Source: Candidatus Firestoneibacteriota bacterium (lineage in GTDB: Bacteria; Oederibacteriota; D2-FULL-39-29; JBDRBU01). From it: DNA of 14,574 bases. Below the pieces are notes generated by a model, which saw only the letters and a program-made list of their open reading frames with translations, searched no databases and had not been told where the DNA came from. Location: NCBI GenBank assembly GCA_043822305.1, contig JBDRBU010000017.1, positions 1 to 14,574 on the forward strand. Direction: 5' to 3'. The position numbers and the translations under genes were made by a program. Below are positions 1-6,298 of this stretch, piece after piece (positions within the stretch are counted from its first letter, which is position 1; every line of letters begins with the position of its first letter).

Positions 1-1506
1 CCTTATTAAATCACCTCTTAAGTTATATACCTTAAAATTAACTGTTCCAACATCTGATGTTTTATATACAAACTTCGCTACTTCTCCATTAGTGGGACGG
101 ACATATCCATCTTTATTAGATATGATTTTAAAATATGAAGAGCCTTCGTTGTTATTATTAGAATTTGGTGCTTCTCCTTCGTAATATTTTCTTACTAAAA
201 TATCAGCCTTATATTTTTCGTCCCAAGTCTGTCCTATGCTTCCAACTATATATATATAGCCTGAATCATCTACTGCTATTCCATTCCATAAATTAAGCAT
301 GTCCGCTGTAGTATCACTTCCTATCATTGCTTTCTTGTATCCTATAAATTCACTATAAGTCAATATTACATTCCCGTTACTATCATATTTTCTTATCCAG
401 AGATAATTATTGTGAGCCCGTTCCATTACGCTCTCTATCCCAACTACCAATATATTTCCTGATTTATCTATCATTATATCATTCCCCATATCAATCCCGC
501 TATAATCTGGCTCTTCGGCCATACCCCTGTAACTCTTTTTCCATTTCAAGACACCTGATGTGTCAAACTTTATAACAAAAATATCTTCCAGGGCAAAGAA
601 GTAATTAGTCCATTCAAATCCAGTAATATATATATTTTCTGAATCATCTACTGCAATTCCTCTGCCACTATCATATTGGGCGGAACTACCAGCACCATTA
701 TAGTTTTTTGTCCATGCTATATTTTTATCCTTATCATATTTTCTTATCCAAACATCAACATTAGAAGAATTATTTATTGACCCAACTACATATATATTCC
801 CATTTTTACTTACGGCTATATCACAGGTAGGATATGGCTCAAATGCATCAGCAATCATTCCAACATATGTTGTATCAACCCATTTCTCATCTCCATTCGC
901 TGCATCATATTTTATTACTATTATATTACTTGTAAAATCATCATGAGATGGACCAATAGTTATCTTTTCTGTCAGACCAACAACATACACATACCCAGCA
1001 TTATCTACGGCTATATTTTTTCCAGATGTTATAGGATACCCACTGGCTGTGCCACTATAAGTTTTTGTCCATAATGCAGTCCCATTAGTATCATACTTTC
1101 TTACAAATAATTCGGTCTCAACACCTTCATATGGTAAAATACCTTTGGCCCCAGTAATATACACATTTCCAGAATCATCCACGGCTATTCCATGTCCCTT
1201 ATCACCATAACTACCATAATAATTTTCACTATTATTATTGTATGTTTGAGTCCATATTTCATTCCCACCTGTACCATATTTCCTTATCCAGATATTAGTC
1301 CCTTGCCCACTTACTTCTTCACAACCAACAACATACACATTTCCAGATTTATCTACTGCTATTTTTTCTCCACAATCCAAACCTTTGGCAACACCATCGT
1401 AAATTTGAGTCCAAGATTGTACTAATTGTCCTTCAACTATTAAACTTTGTCCTGCAAATAGAAATATACATACACTAAAAAGTAGTATCTTGTCTCTTAT
1501 AAACAT
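1..1506 (-). CDS. Secreted seven-bladed beta-propeller (SBBP-repeat) protein with C-terminal FlgD-Ig/T9SS-CTD-like domain; 3' end runs off the window; absent from the ORF track
   Basis: Manual translation gives ATG at 1506 with SD AGGAGGT (1511-1517) and 502 open codons to the edge. The N-terminus looks like a signal peptide (MFIRDKILLFSVCIFLFAGQSLIVEG). There are seven repeats: AVDKSGNVYVVG, AVDDSGNVYITG, AVDNAGYVYVVG, AVSKNGNIYVVG, AVDDSENIYITG, MIDKSGNILVVG, AVDDSGYIYIVG, each followed by a WIRKYD..G...W-type segment. An Asn-rich linker then leads to YVRPTNGEVAKFVYK...VNFKVYNLRGDLIR. Confidence 0.9.
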   Translation of the reverse strand, partial: MFIRDKILLFSVCIFLFAGQSLIVEGQLVQSWTQIYDGVAKGLDCGEKIAVDKSGNVYVVGCEEVSGQGTNIWIRKYGTGGNEIWTQTYNNNSENYYGSYGDKGHGIAVDDSGNVYITGAKGILPYEGVETELFVRKYDTNGTALWTKTYSGTASGYPITSGKNIAVDNAGYVYVVGLTEKITIGPSHDDFTSNIIVIKYDAANGDEKWVDTTYVGMIADAFEPYPTCDIAVSKNGNIYVVGSINNSSNVDVWIRKYDKDKNIAWTKNYNGAGSSAQYDSGRGIAVDDSENIYITGFEWTNYFFALEDIFVIKFDTSGVLKWKKSYRGMAEEPDYSGIDMGNDIMIDKSGNILVVGIESVMERAHNNYLWIRKYDSNGNVILTYSEFIGYKKAMIGSDTTADMLNLWNGIAVDDSGYIYIVGSIGQTWDEKYKADILVRKYYEGEAPNSNNNNEGSSYFKIISNKDGYVRPTNGEVAKFVYKTSDVGTVNFKVYNLRGDLIR

Positions 1507-1532
1507 TTTAACCTCCTCTTCGTTTTCTATTA

Positions 1533-1560
1533 ATTATACAATTTTTTTCTATGTTGTCAA
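1533..1560 (-). promoter_or_regulatory. sigma70-type promoter for the SBBP gene
   Basis: Minus strand reads TTGACA (1560-1555), 16 nt, TATAAT (1538-1533). Both hexamers are perfect consensus, and the -10 box ends 26 nt upstream of the ATG at 1506. Confidence 0.8.
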
Positions 1561-1561
1561 G

Positions 1562-1622
1562 GGCAATTTATTGCTTTTTTTGATGCTGTGTTGCTTTTTT
1601 AAGTATTAAATTGCCACTTTTT
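1562..1622. promoter_or_regulatory. Putative operator/UP region with phased direct repeats and a 9-bp inverted repeat
   Basis: TTGCTTTTTT at 1571 and 1591 and TTGCCACTTTTT at 1611 give a 20-bp period. GGCAATTTA (1562-1570) and TAAATTGCC (1607-1615) are inverted. The region abuts the -35 box. Confidence 0.4.
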
Positions 1623-1756
1623 AGACACCAAAACAAGGTAATTTGTGTGTTTAATTCTCCTGATTTCAATGAGTAATCGTCACCCTTGTAAAGCATTTAA
1701 AAACACTGATAAAACGTATAACATGTAATCTGCTCTAAAGGTAGAAAACATTATAA

Positions 1757-1778
1757 ACCTGATAAATCAGGCAACTAC
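1757..1778 (-). repeat. GTAG-tagged REP-like palindrome
   Basis: Minus strand reads GTAG-TTG-CCTGAT-TT-ATCAGG-T, a GTAG tetranucleotide followed by a short hairpin, about 24 nt after the FAH stop. Only one clear copy is present in the window. Confidence 0.45.
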
Positions 1779-1801
1779 AAAAAGATAAATATTTAATATT
1801 C

Positions 1802-2686
1802 TTAAGAATCCTCTCTCATTACCACATTATTTTTTTGAGTCCCAAGTCCTTCCATTTCGGTCTCTATTGCATCGGATGATTTCAAATACTGGGGTGGATT
1901 CATAAAAATACCCACACCGCTTGGAGTTCCTGTAGTAACTATATCTCCTGGATTTAATGTAATAGTAGAGGTAATAAATTCTATAATTTCAGGAATTGAA
2001 AAAATCATATTCTTAGTATTCCCATCCTGTCTTACCTCTCCATTCACTCTGGTTAACAATCTAATATTAGAAGGATTCTTAATTTCATCTTTTGTTACTA
2101 AATAAGGGCCTAATGGACAAAATGTATCAAAACTCTTACCTCTAAACCATTGTTTGTCACTAAACTGAACATCTCTTGCACTTATATCATTTAGAATAAC
2201 ATATCCACTAATATATTCAAATACTTCTCTTACTTTTATTCTACTTGCTCTCCTACCTATTACTATGGCTAATTCAACTTCATAATCCATCTTTTCTGTA
2301 TACTTAAAACCAGGATGGATAATATCATCATAAGGGCCATTAATACTAGAAACTGCTTTTGCAAATAATAAAGGATTGGAAGGTATTTCTGCTTTTGCCT
2401 CAGCAGCATGATCTCTGTAATTCAAACCCATACAAATTATTTGACCTGGTGTAGGTATTACTGCACCTATCCTAACTAATTTCGTATCAACATAACAATC
2501 TTTGGATAGTTTCCCTTTATTATCTTCTTTCATAATTTCTTTCACTTCATTTAAATAATCTTTTTCTAATATCCTTATAATTGTAGAAGGAATTTTAGAA
2601 TTTGCTTTATTTATATCTATGATTTTATCATTGTAAAAAATCCCTGCTCTTTCATTTCCTCTTTTTCCAAAACTAACTAACTTCAC
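1802..2686 (-). CDS. Fumarylacetoacetate hydrolase (FAH) family protein
   Basis: Motifs CMGLNYRDHAAE, DYEVELA, NDISARD, GKSFDTF and TGTPSGVG are intact. GTG start with SD AAGGAGG; overlaps the upstream gene by 14 bp. Confidence 0.93.
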   Translation of the reverse strand: MKLVSFGKRGNERAGIFYNDKIIDINKANSKIPSTIIRILEKDYLNEVKEIMKEDNKGKLSKDCYVDTKLVRIGAVIPTPGQIICMGLNYRDHAAEAKAEIPSNPLLFAKAVSSINGPYDDIIHPGFKYTEKMDYEVELAIVIGRRASRIKVREVFEYISGYVILNDISARDVQFSDKQWFRGKSFDTFCPLGPYLVTKDEIKNPSNIRLLTRVNGEVRQDGNTKNMIFSIPEIIEFITSTITLNPGDIVTTGTPSGVGIFMNPPQYLKSSDAIETEMEGLGTQKNNVVMREDS

Positions 2687-3500
2687 AATACCCTCCTTTA
2701 AGAAAAATTAGTGATTCTTTTAATCCGATTTCTGGTTCAGGCAAACACCCACCATAATATTCTAACGCTAAATAACCCTGATAGTCAATATTTTTTAATA
2801 AAGATAATATTTTACACCACGGTACTATTCCGGTCCCTACAACAACATCATACCCTTCTTCTTCTTTCATTTGATCCTTAACATGCACATGCTTAATCCA
2901 TTTCTTTTGAATATTAAAATCATCTTCAATATTCCAACTATGGTCATAAACAATCAAATTAGAAGGGTCGTATACTATCCCTGTATTTTCCTCATTTACA
3001 GATTCTATGATTTTTACAGTATCTTTCGCAGATACAGTCAAAGTAGATGGATGATTCTCAACAAGTAAATTAATATTTGATTTTTTTGCATAAGAACATA
3101 ATTCTTTTAAAGAGTTAACACTCAAATCAAAACATTTTTTCCTTTCTTCTTTATCCTTAATATCTTTTCCACAAAACACCCTTATCTGCATAGCACCAAG
3201 TTCAAATACTAAATCTATATTACGTTTCTGCTCATCAATTGCTCTTCTCCTCTTAATTTCATCAAAAGAACCTAAATGAAAATCTCCACCACATGCATAA
3301 GACGCTAAATTAGAAATAAATAAGCCACTATCATTTATCAAATTTCTAATCCTCTTCCTTTCATCTTTCCCTAAAGAAATACTTATACCACATTGACCAC
3401 ATCCTATATCAAAACCATCAAATCCTAACTCTTTAAATAATTTTAAAGCATCTTCAAAACTATATTTAAGAGTAGATTTGGTATGAGCAGCTATTTTCAT
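2673..3500 (-). CDS. Sugar phosphate isomerase/epimerase family (xylose-isomerase-like / AP-endonuclease-2 TIM barrel)
   Basis: ELGFDGFDI N-terminus and the metal-ligand motifs VENH, YDPSN, HVHVKD, YLALEY. Also GTGIVPW. Starts 4 nt after the cupin stop, suggesting translational coupling. Confidence 0.88.
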   Translation of the reverse strand: MKIAAHTKSTLKYSFEDALKLFKELGFDGFDIGCGQCGISISLGKDERKRIRNLINDSGLFISNLASYACGGDFHLGSFDEIKRRRAIDEQKRNIDLVFELGAMQIRVFCGKDIKDKEERKKCFDLSVNSLKELCSYAKKSNINLLVENHPSTLTVSAKDTVKIIESVNEENTGIVYDPSNLIVYDHSWNIEDDFNIQKKWIKHVHVKDQMKEEEGYDVVVGTGIVPWCKILSLLKNIDYQGYLALEYYGGCLPEPEIGLKESLIFLKGGYCEVS

Positions 3501-3504
3501 ATTT

Positions 3505-3876
3505 TTATTGCTTTACATATTCTGGTTTTGTTGCTTCCTTCTCGTAATCTTTCATTACTGGTGAAAATATATCTATTACTATAGAATCCTCAAGAAATTT
3601 TGTTCCATGTTTTACATTAGGAGCAAAAGAAAAAAACATCCCTTTCTTAAAAATATGCTTCTCTTTATTTTCTCCCATACTGAATTCTACTTTCCCTTTA
3701 ATTATATAAGCCATTTGTTCATTCTTATGGCTATGCGTTGGAAAAGTAAGCCCTTTCTTTAAATTATAGAAGCATATAGTTAAATTTTTTCCCTGTAAAA
3801 CTTTACGGCTTACTCCCTTAAAAGGTTTACTCCACTTCATATTCTTTGTATCAATAAACAAAAAATCTTTTGACAT
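3505..3876 (-). CDS. Cupin-domain protein, KdgF-like
   Basis: GVSRKVL, cupin motif 1 GLTFPTHSHKNEQMAYIIKG, motif 2 PNVKHG, and C-terminal LEDSIVIDIFSP resembling KdgF. SD AGGAGG. The cupin call is firm; the KdgF assignment is tentative. Confidence 0.82.
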   Translation of the reverse strand: MSKDFLFIDTKNMKWSKPFKGVSRKVLQGKNLTICFYNLKKGLTFPTHSHKNEQMAYIIKGKVEFSMGENKEKHIFKKGMFFSFAPNVKHGTKFLEDSIVIDIFSPVMKDYEKEATKPEYVKQ

Positions 3877-3907
3877 ATTTATATCCTCCTTTTATTCAAA
3901 TGATAGA

Positions 3908-3944
3908 AATCAGACAACAGATATCTTCTGTCCTCTATCTTCTA
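3908..3944. repeat. Intergenic heptamer-phased imperfect palindrome (copy A)
   Basis: Minus strand reads TAGAAGA TAGAGGA CAGAAGA TATCTGT TGTCTGA. It shares TCCTCTATCTT (3931-3941) and CAGATATC (3918-3925) with 12169-12185. Confidence 0.45.
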
Positions 3945-6287
3945 CTACTTCACAGGTGCTTTTCCCATTTTTTTTAATCGTTCAATAGCAATCCAAATAT
4001 AACCACTTCTACTATTCTTTGCTTCTTCTTTTGTCCATGCTCCATTATTATTGTTAAATGTTCCACCTCTACCTTGAAGTTCAACTTTTACACATTCTCT
4101 AGCCTTTTTTAAATAAGACTCATCACCTGTTCGATAATAAACATATGCTGCTCCATCTGAGACCATTATCCATTCCGCTTCCCCTTTCCAATTTTTCCAT
4201 GTCACCTCAACAATCTTTTTTAGCATCTCAATTGCTCTTTCATCTCCTGTATACCAATGATAATTTATCAATGGCTTAACCACATAACGAGTTTGAACAA
4301 ATCCTCCCACATCACCTGTTTTTCCAAAAGTTTCAAATATATAATAAAGTCCATTCTCAAAAATCTTTTTAGCATCTTCAAGATAAGAATTCTCTCCAGT
4401 ATAAGAATAAAGAGATAATAAACAATCCATTCCATGACCACACGCTCTTGCTTCCATATCCTCCACATTTGCTTTCTTCTTATCTAATCCATGTGTATTA
4501 AAAAGGCGATTACGAACACCTTCTGCATTAATCCTACAAGCACTCCAAGACATCATATCCCCTGTTAAAGAAGCATAAAGGCACTGACCCTCAATCCAAT
4601 TATGACTTGTAATAGGCTGCATACTTTCTGGAGAATTACTAATATGGGTTCCTGTTTGACCACTATCTTTAGTCTCTTTCTCATATGCAGAAAGGTACCT
4701 GTATGGCATTAGATCTCTGGGTGAACGATGAATATCAATATCATATTGGTGACGAGCCATAGCCTTTCCCCAATCAAAAAAATCTCTATGTTGAATTCGT
4801 AAAAAATGAATAAGCATACAATGTGTCCAATCGTAATGCAAACTACAACTACCACATGCCCAGTAAAGATCTCCATAATTCATCCAGTTATAGTAAGTTC
4901 CTCGTTTACCTTCTCTTTCTGCTACCTCAGTAATACCAGATGGCTTTCTCTTTTGTAAATTATCATACCTCTTAATAACACTATCTACTGCTGAATTATC
5001 TGTAATTACACCAGCAGGAGAAAATAATCCTAATGCCCCACAATCAGCATAATAATCTGGGCTGGCTAAAGGAATTAAAGGATAATTCTGAATATCGGCT
5101 AATGAAGTTATCTCCTCTTTGGTTATATTATCTCCAAAAATAAATCTAATTTGATAAGTTTTCTGTTTTCCACCCCAAAGAGTGTAATTATTACTTTTTT
5201 CAGGATATCCATCTTCTCTTGGCCAAAGTATTAAAGATAATTTACTCGCAGAACCTTCAATGATTTTAGGATAATTCTGCCAGAAATCTTCAATGGCTAC
5301 ACCAATCCCTGCTTCTTTACCTGTTAAACCAAAAGCACCTTTACTTCGCTCTTTATTAGAAACTAAATTCTTTCCACCTATAGAACTTTCAAAAATATTT
5401 CCTTTTTTTGGATAAGCACCTTTTTGATAAATTTTAAAACTTTCTTTTTCTACTGGTATAGAACCTGTTGTCTCAGCACTTAATGCTTTTACATCTGTTC
5501 CAAGTAAAGTAGAAAAATCTAACCGAAGTTCTTTAAATTCAAACTTTTCTCTAACAGAATTAGAACCATATGCACCATCATTGCCTAAAGTAAAGAAAAC
5601 CCTTATCTCGTTTGATCCATTAAAAAAATAAACTCTGCATGTCCAACGAATCATGTCATCCCCATCTAACATATAAGCACCTTTAAATCTTCCTCTCGCC
5701 ATTACACATCCACGATAAGGACCATTTTCTTCTACATTAACTTTTTCAGGAAGATTAGAAAAAGCATTAAACTTGTCCACTAAAGTTTTTAGCAGAATAA
5801 TACCATTTTCTTTATCCTGTTTAAGTAAAGTCTTTCCCTGTAAAGAAACTTCTTCAAAAATATTAAAATTATTCTTGTTTATTTTTATATTCAAAGGACC
5901 TGTGTCTACAATAATTTCTTTTAAGTCTTCAGTAAGTTTAAGAACACTCTGCGGTAAAGGTTTATCAGATGAATCAGTAAGTATAAACTTTAATTTACCA
6001 TTTGCCTCTATAGATACAGGGAAGATACAAAGCACCCATTTAATACTTCCATCCTGCCAACTACTTTGTTTTTTAAATTGACAGGGTAATACCTCTTTTT
6101 CTGAAACAATTTGAAGTTTTAAAATATCTTTTATCAATCCTTTAGCCAGTGGAACACCTATTGCTACCCATTCTTTAGTTCGCTTTACACCTATTGGCTC
6201 CTCAACAACAAGTTCTACCTCTACATTAGCTGAAACTATACTTATCATCACTGCACAAAACCCTAGTACTGAAGTAATTCTTTTCAT
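3945..6287 (-). CDS. Exported PcRGLX/YetA-like (exo-rhamnogalacturonan lyase, PL26-like) protein
   Basis: Signal peptide MKRITSVLGFCAVMISIVSA. N-terminal GVPLAKG...LPCQ...WQDGSIKWVL is typical of PcRGLX/YetA N-domains. Central VEENGPYR and DFWQNYPK, then a helical C-domain with NYGD, HYDW and ARHQYDID. Substrate is uncertain. Confidence 0.65.
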   Translation of the reverse strand: MKRITSVLGFCAVMISIVSANVEVELVVEEPIGVKRTKEWVAIGVPLAKGLIKDILKLQIVSEKEVLPCQFKKQSSWQDGSIKWVLCIFPVSIEANGKLKFILTDSSDKPLPQSVLKLTEDLKEIIVDTGPLNIKINKNNFNIFEEVSLQGKTLLKQDKENGIILLKTLVDKFNAFSNLPEKVNVEENGPYRGCVMARGRFKGAYMLDGDDMIRWTCRVYFFNGSNEIRVFFTLGNDGAYGSNSVREKFEFKELRLDFSTLLGTDVKALSAETTGSIPVEKESFKIYQKGAYPKKGNIFESSIGGKNLVSNKERSKGAFGLTGKEAGIGVAIEDFWQNYPKIIEGSASKLSLILWPREDGYPEKSNNYTLWGGKQKTYQIRFIFGDNITKEEITSLADIQNYPLIPLASPDYYADCGALGLFSPAGVITDNSAVDSVIKRYDNLQKRKPSGITEVAEREGKRGTYYNWMNYGDLYWACGSCSLHYDWTHCMLIHFLRIQHRDFFDWGKAMARHQYDIDIHRSPRDLMPYRYLSAYEKETKDSGQTGTHISNSPESMQPITSHNWIEGQCLYASLTGDMMSWSACRINAEGVRNRLFNTHGLDKKKANVEDMEARACGHGMDCLLSLYSYTGENSYLEDAKKIFENGLYYIFETFGKTGDVGGFVQTRYVVKPLINYHWYTGDERAIEMLKKIVEVTWKNWKGEAEWIMVSDGAAYVYYRTGDESYLKKARECVKVELQGRGGTFNNNNGAWTKEEAKNSRSGYIWIAIERLKKMGKAPVK

Positions 6288-6298
6288 GCGCCTTCCTT

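Noticed and set aside
1507..1801. CRISPR array, tRNA or riboswitch in the largest intergenic region
   Set aside because: There is no repeat-spacer periodicity of suitable length, no cloverleaf and no recognisable aptamer. The predicted leader of the downstream gene is only about 20 nt.
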